The notes: generated by a model from the letters alone, not told the origin. A stretch of 64,000 nucleotides of DNA from Cyanobacteriota bacterium (GCA_046052125.1 JBJOMY010000001.1:160001-224000), one strand, 5' to 3'. Shown: positions 1-9,253, counted from the first letter of the stretch. A program made the numbers and translations.

Positions 1-841
1 GCACGGCATCGGGCACCTGGAAGGCAGCGCGAAAGCCCTTCGAGAAGGCCTCGAGTTGAACAGGGGGCAGTGCCTTGATCTGCTCCTGTAGCCGGGTGAT
101 GGCAACGGGCTGGAGAGGAGCATCGGCTATCCCAGAACTGGGATGGTTGGCTCCGTTGGCTACGGGTGCCGGGGTGGTGGCAGCAGCTGCGCTGCTCACC
201 TGGCGTTGCTGCTTGTCGTAGAGCGCCAGGCCAAAGGGATTCCCGAAGGTCATCAGCGCCCGCTTGGTGGCATCGGTTTCGGCTTCCTTGAGCGCCGATT
301 CATGGGCAAGGCCGAGATCGGCATCGATGCCATGGCCGGCGCCGGAGCCCTCACGGATCAGGGTGCGATTGCCGGCGGTGATCGTGATGCGCACGCGGGC
401 GATGTAGGTCACGCCCCAGCCGCTTTTGCGATCACGGCCCGCGCCCTTGGCGCCGATCTGGCGCTCGTGTTCGGCCACGCAGCGGCTGATCAAGGTGGAG
501 CGTTCCCAGCCGTCAAAACCAAAGATGCGGTTGGCTTCTGCAATCACCTGCCAGCCCTCGAGGTAGCTCACGCGGCTGCGGCCCTGTTCCCGTTGGCGCA
601 CATTGGCGCGATCGAGGGGAGCAGAAAGAGCTGTGATCTGTCGGGCAGTGAATCCAGCTACGGAGCACAAGGCGCCGTCGTCGTTGGGCGTTGTTTGTGG
701 AGGCGAAGGTGGAGCAGCGGCCTGCTCCTGGCTCAGGGTTTCCCTGAGCAGCTGAAGCGTGGAAGGTGGCCGATTGGATGCGCTGCGTCGAACCACCGGG
801 GTGGCGTGATTGGTGGCTGTTGCTGTGGATGTGATGGCCAT
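1..841 (-). CDS. Rad52/Rad22 (Sak/DdrA-like) single-strand annealing protein, 3' end outside window
   Basis: Not in the ORF track because it runs off the edge. Manual translation from ATG 841 gives MAITST...VSYLEGWQVIAEANRIFGFDGWE...REGSGAGHG...AHESALKEAETDATKRALMTFGNPFGLALYD, the Rad52-family signature. Confidence 0.9.
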   Translation of the reverse strand, partial: MAITSTATATNHATPVVRRSASNRPPSTLQLLRETLSQEQAAAPPSPPQTTPNDDGALCSVAGFTARQITALSAPLDRANVRQREQGRSRVSYLEGWQVIAEANRIFGFDGWERSTLISRCVAEHERQIGAKGAGRDRKSGWGVTYIARVRITITAGNRTLIREGSGAGHGIDADLGLAHESALKEAETDATKRALMTFGNPFGLALYDKQQRQVSSAAAATTPAPVANGANHPSSGIADAPLQPVAITRLQEQIKALPPVQLEAFSKGFRAAFQVPDAV

Positions 842-924
842 GGTGAGGAAAAAGAGTGTGTGTGGAGTGAGAAGGACGTGGGGCCCGCCACTGCAAAACC
901 CCCTATCGAGGCCCCCTGTGGGGG

Positions 925-1578
925 CTAGGTGATTGACCAGTGGCGGCGTTTGATGAGGCGTGCACCGGGGACGGCGGTTGAGGAGAGGGAGAAGGCGAGG
1001 TGAGCGGCTTCTGCTTTGGGGAGGCCTGAGGTGGCGGTAGAGATCAAGGAGCGAATGCGGGCCTTGATGGAGGTTTTGTTGGGCGTGGTGGTCGTTTGGG
1101 TGGTCAGCAGATCTGGGGGGAGAAGATCGGGGTCATCGATCTCGATGGCTTCTGTGCTGCGGGAGGAGAGGTGGTGATCGGTGAGGTGATGGGACGTGGC
1201 GGATGGATCGAGGCGGGAGAGCAGGTGGATGAGGGTGGATTCGAGGGCGTCAGCGCGGTTGTCTTCTCGCTTGGCCAGGGCTGAGAAGCGCTTGGATTGC
1301 GAGGAGTGGTAATTGGCTTCTGCGCGGAGGCGCTCAATTACCCAGCAGGTGGCATCGGCCTTGCGGATGAAGGCCTCACGTTTGTTGTCTTCCAGGGCCA
1401 GAGATTCCTCGAGATCGGCGATGGCGAGGGCACGTTCGTCGTCGTCCTCGGTATCGAGGCGTTCGGAGAGGCAAGCAATCCAATGGGTTTCGGCCTGGAG
1501 ATCAGTGCCGAGCTCCCAGAGAGTGGGCAACTGCGGGGTGGAATCCGGGGCGGTGGTGACAGGAATGGCAACAGACAT
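925..1578 (-). CDS. Siphovirus Gp157-family protein
   Basis: Helical protein 'KADATCWVIERLRAE...KRFSALAKREDNRADALE' and C-terminal 'PNKTSIK...VPGARLIKRRHWSIT'; adjacent to an SSAP gene, as is typical. Confidence 0.75.
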   Translation of the reverse strand: MSVAIPVTTAPDSTPQLPTLWELGTDLQAETHWIACLSERLDTEDDDERALAIADLEESLALEDNKREAFIRKADATCWVIERLRAEANYHSSQSKRFSALAKREDNRADALESTLIHLLSRLDPSATSHHLTDHHLSSRSTEAIEIDDPDLLPPDLLTTQTTTTPNKTSIKARIRSLISTATSGLPKAEAAHLAFSLSSTAVPGARLIKRRHWSIT

Positions 1579-1647
1579 GGTTGTGCGGAGGATGAGTGGA
1601 TTGGAAGGTGGGGCCCCGGCGAGCGAGCAGAGCCCCATCGCAAGCGG

Positions 1648-2142
1648 CTACGCCGCTGCCGCTGCCGCGATCTCGATCACTTCGATCGGGATGGCTGAAC
1701 GCCGGCTGAGGCGGCGGGCCTGATCCACCAGGGAGGCGGTGCCGCGAGAACCGGGGAAGGCGACAACGAGCAGGCCAGCGCCCAGGGGGAGAGCAGCGGT
1801 GAGATCGAGGGAGCGCTCGAGCATCTGGCGATTGCGGATTGGGCCTGCGGCGCGGCCGTGCTGCTGCCAGGCCGCGGGGCAGGCGATCTGCGGCCAGCCG
1901 AGCTGATCGGCAGCTGAGGCAATGGCCTGATCAGCCCCGCGGGCGCCGCCATGGAAGAGCGATTGCACCAAGCGGCCATGGGAGGCGCTCAGCAAGTGGG
2001 CGGCGATCAGCTCGGAGGGCCAAGTGAGATCACGGCCACCACCGGCCACGATCACCAGCTGGCCACTGCCAGGGAGAAACAGCGAGCTGAATAAAGAAGC
2101 AGCAGGCGGCGCCAATGCGGCGGCCTGGGTGAGTGAAAGCAT
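1648..2142 (-). CDS. SLOG-family protein (DUF2493/YspA-like)
   Basis: Motifs 'VIVAGGGRD', 'HGGARGAD', 'HGRAAGPIRNRQML', 'AFPGSRGT'. Confidence 0.85.
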   Translation of the reverse strand: MLSLTQAAALAPPAASLFSSLFLPGSGQLVIVAGGGRDLTWPSELIAAHLLSASHGRLVQSLFHGGARGADQAIASAADQLGWPQIACPAAWQQHGRAAGPIRNRQMLERSLDLTAALPLGAGLLVVAFPGSRGTASLVDQARRLSRRSAIPIEVIEIAAAAAA

Positions 2143-2219
2143 GGAAAGAAAAAAGAGCGCAGAAGGATTTCTTTCAAGGGCTCCGGCAACAGCGGAGGCC
2201 ATCCCTTGATCACCTCTTC

Positions 2220-2241
2220 ATTGTATCAGTACGGACGTACT
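2220..2241 (-). promoter_or_regulatory. Extended -10 (TGnTACAAT) overlapped by LexA-type SOS box AGTAC-N4-GTACT
   Basis: AGTACggacGTACT at 2228-2241; the minus strand reads TGATACAAT at 2228-2220; upstream of the SLOG-Gp157-Rad52 genes. Confidence 0.7.
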
Positions 2242-2460
2242 ATGCCCAGGTGAGACGGCGCCATGGGCGCCCTCTTCTTGAATCTTTACGGCGCTAGTTC
2301 TGGGTGCCTGTGGTATCAGCAGTGCGGCAACTCTTCTAAGTGCCGAGCTTTCATTGAGTGCCCGTAACGCAGCTACCACAGCCGCTTCCAGGAGCTTGCG
2401 GCAGGCCCCAAAGCGCTGGGCCACCGCGGCCGCGGGAGGACGCTGTGCGTAACGAACCAA

Positions 2461-2594
2461 CGCCACACTTCCCGGCGGCGGCAAGGACACAAGAGATCAC
2501 GCGAGCGCCAGGGCCGGTGTCCGCGCAGCGGCTACACCGGCTCGCGAAGCCCTGGCGCCGTGTGACATCCTGAATTCCCTGCCGCCGGGTGGCG
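2461..2594 (+). other. Long imperfect rod-shaped inverted repeat
   Basis: Nested helices 2461-66/2589-94, 2472-79/2581-88, 2497-2514/2549-65, 2515-20/2534-39, 2521-24/2528-31. Confidence 0.7.
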
Positions 2595-2699
2595 ACTTAA
2601 CCACAACGCATCGCCCGATCAACTCAGTCAGCAATCACCGACAGTGATCAGAACAAGACGGTCTGTGTGAGAAGGTCGCACTAACGGTGCTCTCCTGAC

Positions 2700-2903
2700 T
2701 TGCCTGCCCTTGTTGCTTCCGCCGCGTGGCCATTGCAGTTCTTTGCACTGTTTATCGTGCTCACGATCTATGGCGCCATGTGGAAAGGCGCTCAAGACCA
2801 AGGGCAACGCGGTTGGGTGGTTGCTCTGATCTGGGCCGTTGCTTTCCAGCTCGGGCTACAAGCCCTGAAAGAACTCAATCTCCTGCTCTATCACAGCCAC
2901 TAA
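2700..2903 (+). CDS. Small hypothetical membrane protein (2 predicted TM helices)
   Basis: 67 aa with two hydrophobic stretches; TTG start. Confidence 0.5.
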   Translation: MPALVASAAWPLQFFALFIVLTIYGAMWKGAQDQGQRGWVVALIWAVAFQLGLQALKELNLLLYHSH

Positions 2904-3176
2904 GAGCAGAACGATTTGATTCCGGCAAAGATCATGAAGAAGCCTGTAGCCAGGCTGCTGCACTCCGCTGCAGATCAGCCACGGCGGTAAGGGCTTGATT
3001 GATACCACTCGCGACGAAGCACCGAGCTCAACTAGCAACGGGGCAATGAGTCTTGCCAAGACAGCCCTAAGACAGCGAGGCATGAGTGGTCGGTGAACCT
3101 CAAAAGAGTGATCAAGGAGGACTAGCGCACCCCCCCCCGGCGACTTAATAATTTCTTCTCCTTTTGCGAGTGTCCC

Positions 3177-3371
3177 TTGAACAGCACTCCCTCGTTCCCT
3201 GCAGACCGGCAGAGCGCAACGCCAAGGCCATGCACACGGCGCCCGCAACGCATCACGATCACTGTCCCCTGGCAGCTGTACCAACGCCTTGTGGAGATCA
3301 GTGATCAGCAGGGCCGCTCCCTCTCGAATCTCGCCTGCTACTGGCTGGAGCGGCAGTCAGGGAATAGCTGA
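3177..3371 (+). CDS. Ribbon-helix-helix (CopG/Arc-like) regulator
   Basis: 'PQRITITVPWQLYQRLVEISDQQGRSLSNLACYWLE' fits the RHH pattern. Confidence 0.8.
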   Translation: MNSTPSFPADRQSATPRPCTRRPQRITITVPWQLYQRLVEISDQQGRSLSNLACYWLERQSGNS

Positions 3372-3385
3372 TTCGACAGAAGCAG

Positions 3386-3440
3386 CCAGAAGCGAAGCGT
3401 TGAGCAAGGCCGATTTCTTTGCTCAACGCTCGCTTACTGG
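3386..3440. other. ~21-bp stem-loop with two single-base bulges
   Basis: ccag-aagcg-[a]-agcgttgagcaa ... ttgctcaacgct-cgctt-[a]-ctgg. Confidence 0.65.
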
Positions 3441-3742
3441 AGGCAACGCAGATCGTTCAGAAGTGTCCGCATGAGCGCCTATGGCTGCCTGGCCCCACTC
3501 CAACAACTGCCATGCAATCACTGAACATGAAAAAGCAGGGCTGCCGGCCCTGCCTGATCTCCCATGGAGCCATGACCCTCGATCACAGGCTATCGAGATC
3601 TTGTGCATCGAACATCCAGACGAACATGTCCTGTAAGAATCTTCAGGCCAGGTGTCGGATGATGACGCAAAACTGAAGAAACGTCCCGCATCCAAAAGCA
3701 ATCTAGATTCCGCATCAGACTGAAGCCAGAGAGGAGCATCCA

Positions 3743-4255
3743 ATGCTTCACTTGGCTCATCACCTCCATCCACTCGAGACCTTCGACGAACATCGGATTG
3801 TTCTCAGTGTCATCCATTACTTCTCTGAACACTTCTCCGCACCAATCACGATCCCTTCCCTGAGCGGGCAGTTGGGGATTTCGTTACTGCATATCGAGAC
3901 CGCCTTTGATCTCTACAAAGGCACGACCGCCAACGAAGCTCTTCTGGAATACCGCCTCAATCGCTTATGTGATGTGATGTCTAGGGATCCATCACGGGAG
4001 ATCGGCAAGCAGATCAACGAGTGTGGCCTGGCATTTGGCTCCGCTCCCGCCCGGATAGCGTTTTGCCGTACCAACCAGCAATTCATTGATCACTTTGGGA
4101 TCGACCTTGTCGAGTATCACCAGCAATGCTTCCTGGCAGAAGCTGCTCGCTTGAGCAGGCAGTCAGTGCCAGGGGATGAGGCACTGAACTCAGAAGTCTT
4201 TGGAGACGATCCCCGCAGGAATGTGCATCCCACTCGATTTCACAGGCAACACTGA
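3743..4255 (+). CDS. Stand-alone AraC-like HTH protein
   Basis: 'YFSEHFSAPITIPSLSGQLGIS...EYRLNRL...INECGL'; paralogous to 19031-19480. Confidence 0.7.
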   Translation: MLHLAHHLHPLETFDEHRIVLSVIHYFSEHFSAPITIPSLSGQLGISLLHIETAFDLYKGTTANEALLEYRLNRLCDVMSRDPSREIGKQINECGLAFGSAPARIAFCRTNQQFIDHFGIDLVEYHQQCFLAEAARLSRQSVPGDEALNSEVFGDDPRRNVHPTRFHRQH

Positions 4256-4428
4256 ACGGCGTACAGCCCCAAGACAACCTCCAGCAGTTCATCGGGCACT
4301 ACCGCCACGCGCTGCAACTCAGGCACTCAGCTGCGCCCCTCCGCGATGGCGTGCTCAGGGTCCATCGCCCGCACGGGCTGAATTCTGCAGCGCTCCTGAT
4401 CGCAGAAGAACATGGAAAACGCTGCCAT
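4240..4428 (-). pseudogene. Possible small gene interrupted by in-frame TGA
   Basis: MAAFSMFFCDQERCRIQPVRAMDPEHAIAEGRS*VPELQRVAVVPDELLEVVLGLYAVQCCL*; internal stop at 4327-4329. Confidence 0.3.
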
Positions 4429-4592
4429 GCCTGGGCTCTAGAGGAGAAATGGGGTGGGCTGCGGTGTGAGGAGTGCAGCCCAGTGCATCGCTGTGATGAC
4501 GGCCAGGGGGTGATGACCTCTCCTGACGCGTGAAGCGAGCACCGCTCGGTCATGGCCCAGGTGGCGGGTCAAGCGCAAGAGCGATCAGAGCA

Positions 4593-6257
4593 TCAGTGCT
4601 GCTCAATCGGGCTGATCGGCTCGAGCACCTCCAACAGCGCCTGCAATTCCGCCTGAGGATCACGCTGCAAAAGCGCGACCACATCCGGTCCGGGCTCTAC
4701 GGCTTGTGCGATGGCCCCGCCCACAGGTCCCGGTAGTTCCCCCACCAGCTGCAACGCCATCGAGGCAATGGAGCCATCCACGGCCATCAGCGCCAGGCTG
4801 CTCAGCCACTCCAACGCCAAACGGCACGCGGGATCCTGCAGGGCGAGGCAGCCGAGCAGGTCACGGCACTCGGGTGCATGAATGAACAACCGCAGGGCAC
4901 GGCGCTCGGCCCGTTGCTGAGCGCTCGCATCACTCGGCACAAACACATCTGCGGCCGTGATGCATTGACGCTCAGCTGGTGTTCCGGGCTTGCCCTGCAA
5001 GGCCTGCTCCAGCCGTTGTTCTGCTGAGCGCCGCAACACGCCTTCAGGCAGCTGCTCGAGCAAGGCATAACCCTCGAGCTCCACCGCTTGCAAGGTCTCG
5101 AGCGCGGGCGAACCGGCAGTGATCAGGAGCGGAGCTACTAGACGCTCCAACCGCCATTCCAGCCAATGCCGAGCTGAGGTGATCAAACCCTCCACAGCCG
5201 TTGGCCCCTGAGCCCGGAGCAAGCCGTCGGCGTCCTGGCCCTCTGGCAACTGCACCACCGAGGCACTCAACCCACCGGCCACCAGCTGTGGCTGCAACTG
5301 TTCAAGCAGCTTCTCCGTAGCGGCCTGCCCCGCGCCATCGCCGTCGAGGGCAATCAACAGGTGCTTCATCCCATGGCGCCTGAGGAGCTGGAGCTGCAGT
5401 TCCGACACGCTCGTGCCCAGGCAGGCCACCGCATGGGTGAAACCAGCCTGGTGAAGCTGGATCACATCCAGCGGGCCTTCCACCAGCAACGCTGTGCCTT
5501 GCTTGCGGATCGCCTCTGCGGCTTGATCCAGGCCAAACACCAACCCATTGCGTTGGAACAGCAGGTCTCCTGAGCTGTTGCGGTATTTGGGTACCTGGTT
5601 GCCCATAGCCCGGCCGCAAAAGCCCACGGTCTGGCCGGATGGATCGTTCAGTGGGATCGTCAGCCGGCCGCCGGCAAATCCCAGTTGCCACGTGCGCGCC
5701 GTCTCTGGGCTGATGCCACGGGTCTGGAGGTAATCCGCTCCCTCGCCGCCTTGCTCCAGTTCCTGCATCAGAGCCTGATGAAACTGCTGACGCTGCTCCG
5801 TGCGCTGCGCCATCAACTGGCGTCGTTCGCGCCACTCCTGCTCAAAGCGCGCCTGCGCCTCGGGATCACCCTCCGCCACGCTCACGCCGGTGCGGCGCGC
5901 CAGCTCGAGCACCGCTTCTTGAAAGCTCAGGCCCTGCCGGTCCTGCAGCCAGCCGATGGCGTCGGTGCCCTTTCCGCACACAAAGCAATGCACGCGGTTA
6001 CGCATTGGGCTGACGGATAGCGACGGATGGCGATCGTCATGCCAGGGGCAACGGGCCACAAACTCCCGCCCCGCCTTTTTGAGCTCCGAGGGCCCAAAGA
6101 GATCCGTGATCTGGGCCCGCTCGCGCACGCTCTCGAGCACCGCCGGCGTGAGCAGCCCAGCCGGGCGCCCCGAAGGGTGCCCACTGGGTGTGCGGTGGGT
6201 CGCGCCAGCAAACACCCGATGAAAAGCGGCCGTGCCGCTGGCTTTGCCGTTGCTCAT
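4593..6257 (-). CDS. dnaG: DnaG-type DNA primase (CHC2 zinc finger + TOPRIM), element-encoded
   Basis: 'CPWHDDRHPS...HCFVC', 'KYRNS', 'VEGPLD', 'ALDGDGAG', 'QDAD'; ATGA overlap with the helicase stop. Confidence 0.93.
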   Translation of the reverse strand: MSNGKASGTAAFHRVFAGATHRTPSGHPSGRPAGLLTPAVLESVRERAQITDLFGPSELKKAGREFVARCPWHDDRHPSLSVSPMRNRVHCFVCGKGTDAIGWLQDRQGLSFQEAVLELARRTGVSVAEGDPEAQARFEQEWRERRQLMAQRTEQRQQFHQALMQELEQGGEGADYLQTRGISPETARTWQLGFAGGRLTIPLNDPSGQTVGFCGRAMGNQVPKYRNSSGDLLFQRNGLVFGLDQAAEAIRKQGTALLVEGPLDVIQLHQAGFTHAVACLGTSVSELQLQLLRRHGMKHLLIALDGDGAGQAATEKLLEQLQPQLVAGGLSASVVQLPEGQDADGLLRAQGPTAVEGLITSARHWLEWRLERLVAPLLITAGSPALETLQAVELEGYALLEQLPEGVLRRSAEQRLEQALQGKPGTPAERQCITAADVFVPSDASAQQRAERRALRLFIHAPECRDLLGCLALQDPACRLALEWLSSLALMAVDGSIASMALQLVGELPGPVGGAIAQAVEPGPDVVALLQRDPQAELQALLEVLEPISPIEQH

Positions 6258-7954
6258 AGGCACTCCACCCCCGGATAGAGATCGCTGCCGATGAACAACT
6301 TGCGGGCGTTATCGGCCTCCAAGTAGCAGTGGCCGCGGTCCATGCGGATCATGGTCTTGCTGAAGTCGTTCTCGCCGGTGGTCTGGCCGTGACGACATTT
6401 GCCGTGGTGCACCTCCAACACGCCGGGTTGGGGTTGGCTGAATTCATCCACCTTGGGCCTATCGATCAGCCACACCGCTGAGGCATAACGCTCGAGCTCA
6501 GAGGTCCCCGCCAGGTGGGAGACATCCGGGCCGGTGGGATTGCCGTAGGCACCGCGGTTGAGCTGCGCGATGACGAACACGTCGAGTTCACAGCAGCCGG
6601 CGATGGCTTTGATGGCTGTGGCCCGGGCGGCCAGCTCTGCGGTGGTGTTACTCCCGAAACCCGCGGTGGGCCCCATGGCGTGGAAGTGATCCAGAAACAC
6701 CGCCGAGAGGTTGGGGTTGGCGCTCTTGCAGTCCTCCACCATCGCCGCCAGCTCTTCCACCGTGGCGGCGAATTGGCTCTCGTAGAGCACCTTGCCCATG
6801 CGCTCGCCATTGGGGGCAATGCCGGCGGAGAACTGCGCCTCAAGCTGCTGGAGACGCTCCAGATCACGGCCCTCGATCACCTCACCACGGCCCTCCAGTT
6901 CGTTAGCGGAGTAACGGGATGAGAACACCCCACTGGCCTTGCGGCAGTAATTAGCGAGCAGCCGTGCACCGATCGCTCGGCGGCTCAATTCGCACGACAG
7001 CACAAGCACCGAGGCGCCGTTAAAGGCCAGGCCCATCGCCGCTGCAATGCCCACGGTGGTTTTGCCCACACCCGATCGAGCGGCCAACACCCAGGTGCTG
7101 TCGCCAGTCCCAGGGATCACGCCACCGCGCATGTCGATATCCAGCGAGGGAATCCCCGTTGAGATCGGCTTGGGGCGTTGGTCGGCGGGCAGAGAAGCCA
7201 GCGCGAGGCATTCGCGGCCGGCATCGCTCGCCGTGCACACCTGGAAGCTCCGGCGGTGTCGGCCGGCCGTGATCGCCGTGGCCTCGTTCAACAGTTGGCG
7301 GCAGCTCTCGAGTTCGCCATCGATGCCGCAGTCGATCTGCTCGCGCGCCAGGAGCTTGCGCAGCCCTGGATAGAACAGCGCCCTGGCCTTGGCGCTCTGA
7401 AAAAGACGGCAGGCGATTTTGAAGTCCAGCTCCGGGTGGATCAGCCCGTCATCTCCCCAGGCGATCACCTCAGACAGCGCCTCCTCCATCTGGAGAAGTG
7501 AGCCGCGGAAGCGTCCCTCAAAGGCACGCTGGCGCAGATCCTCACGGATGGCGTTGGCGTTGAGCACATCAATGTCACGCCGGCCGCGGAACAACTCATC
7601 GATTTCCAACGCGAGAGCGCGCAGGCCCGGCTGGGTCCAGATCGAGCCCGGCACCACCTCGTCGAAGCGCAGGCCGATGGCGCGGCGGAATGTTCCCCAG
7701 CGTTCGCGTTGATCGTCGGTGCCCACCAGGACGGCAGCCAGGAGGTTCTTCTCGTGCTCGGCGAGTGAGTGATCAGCAGGCACCGTTGGCACCTCAGCCG
7801 CCATCAGTCCTGCTGCGGTCTCGATGAACAGCCCCTGATCGATCATCCGCTGGATCAGCGCCGGGTCAAACGCGCCGGGGATGGTGGTCTTGAGCTCCTC
7901 GTTGCCGGGGTCGTTGTTGCCGGCACCGGTATTGGCGTTGGGGTTGGTGGTCAT
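6254..7954 (-). CDS. DnaB-like replicative helicase, element-encoded
   Basis: Walker A 'AARSGVGKT', 'SCELS', Walker B 'VFLDH', 'IAQLNR', 'GTSELERYA', 'KCRHG'. Confidence 0.9.
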   Translation of the reverse strand: MTTNPNANTGAGNNDPGNEELKTTIPGAFDPALIQRMIDQGLFIETAAGLMAAEVPTVPADHSLAEHEKNLLAAVLVGTDDQRERWGTFRRAIGLRFDEVVPGSIWTQPGLRALALEIDELFRGRRDIDVLNANAIREDLRQRAFEGRFRGSLLQMEEALSEVIAWGDDGLIHPELDFKIACRLFQSAKARALFYPGLRKLLAREQIDCGIDGELESCRQLLNEATAITAGRHRRSFQVCTASDAGRECLALASLPADQRPKPISTGIPSLDIDMRGGVIPGTGDSTWVLAARSGVGKTTVGIAAAMGLAFNGASVLVLSCELSRRAIGARLLANYCRKASGVFSSRYSANELEGRGEVIEGRDLERLQQLEAQFSAGIAPNGERMGKVLYESQFAATVEELAAMVEDCKSANPNLSAVFLDHFHAMGPTAGFGSNTTAELAARATAIKAIAGCCELDVFVIAQLNRGAYGNPTGPDVSHLAGTSELERYASAVWLIDRPKVDEFSQPQPGVLEVHHGKCRHGQTTGENDFSKTMIRMDRGHCYLEADNARKLFIGSDLYPGVECL

Positions 7955-7989
7955 GGCCTGAACAGCGATGGGACGTGTGGGCCCTGGAT

Positions 7990-9057
7990 TCAGCGCCTGG
8001 CCTCCTGGGCGAACTGCTCAGCGGCGCGGCCTGGCTCGCCGAGTCCGGCGGCTTCCAGAAGTTCCGCCAGCCGTTGCTTCTCAGATGTGGGGAGGTCAAA
8101 GGCCTCCATGCCCTGACAACGCCAGGCGTGATCCCCCCAGACCAGGAGCTTGCGAGCGCGAACAAAGTCCGGGTGGTGGATGGCAGCCAGGTGGCCGCTG
8201 CCCACGTTTGGAGTGTTCCCCCCGATGCCGCCGTTGAGCCGCCCGGTGTATGGCGCCGTTGCAACAGACGTCTGGCTCTGGCTGCCCCAACAGAAGACAT
8301 GCCAGAACTCCGCCCCCAGGCCCGCGGCTTTGCGATCAGCGCTCAGCAGTGCCATGGCGCAATCAGCGCCGCTGCGGCCCTGGGGATACTTGTCGCGCCA
8401 GAACTCAGGCATCGAGCGCAGTGCCTGGATCAACACCGACCAGAACGACTCAGCGCTACCGGCGTGGCGGATCGCGTTGTTTAACCGCCCTGCGAGGGCC
8501 GTACCCGTGGGCTTGTAGCCAGGCCAGCTCTGCGGTTTGTGCTGGTTGTAGGTGGCAGTGAACTGGGCAATCAATGGGCTCTGCACCGGCGCACGCTTGG
8601 GCTCTGCTGAGGGTTCCGACACCACCTCGGCAATCGCTCGCGGCTGGACAACGGCGTTGGCTGGCTCGAGGGACCTGCTCGGGATTGGCTCAACAGAGCT
8701 GTCATCCACGGCCTCGAGATCAGCGCGCTCATGGCTTGGCTCCAGGCGCTCACCCGGTTCATTCAGGCGAATGGAGAGCCCCAGCGGGCCACTCGTGTAG
8801 CTCAACCAACCGATGGCTTCTAGATCCTGCAGATCAGCCCTGAGTTCACGGGTTTGCACATGCCAGGCATTGGCCAGATCACGGCAACTCAGCTGGATGG
8901 TGTGTCCATCACGGGCCCGACATTGCAGATGCCCGTAGAGCGTGGCCACCCGCAAAGCACGGCTTGCACGGCCTGAACCCTTACGCCCCTGATCGAGTTT
9001 CTGCAGGGCTTGATGGGTGAGCTCAATGGCCTCAGTGCGTACGGCGTAAAAGCGCAT
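7990..9057 (-). CDS. Putative replication initiator (N-terminal winged HTH)
   Basis: 'IQLSCRDLANAW...ELRADLQDLEAIGWLSY' is wHTH-like; first gene of the helicase-primase operon, next to an iteron array. Confidence 0.65.
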   Translation of the reverse strand: MRFYAVRTEAIELTHQALQKLDQGRKGSGRASRALRVATLYGHLQCRARDGHTIQLSCRDLANAWHVQTRELRADLQDLEAIGWLSYTSGPLGLSIRLNEPGERLEPSHERADLEAVDDSSVEPIPSRSLEPANAVVQPRAIAEVVSEPSAEPKRAPVQSPLIAQFTATYNQHKPQSWPGYKPTGTALAGRLNNAIRHAGSAESFWSVLIQALRSMPEFWRDKYPQGRSGADCAMALLSADRKAAGLGAEFWHVFCWGSQSQTSVATAPYTGRLNGGIGGNTPNVGSGHLAAIHHPDFVRARKLLVWGDHAWRCQGMEAFDLPTSEKQRLAELLEAAGLGEPGRAAEQFAQEARR

Positions 9058-9253
9058 GGGCGATGCAGTTCGACTGCGCTCGGTGGTGATTAGAGGCTAT
9101 GGACCCTGCCCCTGACACCAGTGCTGGCCTTGGTTTGCTCCGCTCAGCTGCTCAATTGCTTGCCTTCTCCCATCCATCCACACCCCAGAGGGCCTGGCTT
9201 TGGCTGTTGTTTTTGGTGTTCTTCTCTAAGACTTTTTAGAGATATAGATGGTG

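Noticed and set aside
852..870. Yfr1-like motif (ACTCCACACAC on the minus strand)
   Set aside because: One mismatch to ACTCCTCACAC, no flanking Yfr1 hairpins, and it sits in a pyrimidine-rich leader.
143..928. 261-aa plus-strand ORF
   Set aside because: Antisense shadow of the Rad52-family gene.
2497..2565. HDV-like ribozyme (A-B-C-C'-A'-B' pairing order, CGAA before the last helix)
   Set aside because: P3/L3 sizes and P1.1 do not match on either strand.
3386..3440. Integron attC site
   Set aside because: No RYYYAAC/GTTRRRY ends, and the integrase does not look like an integron integrase.
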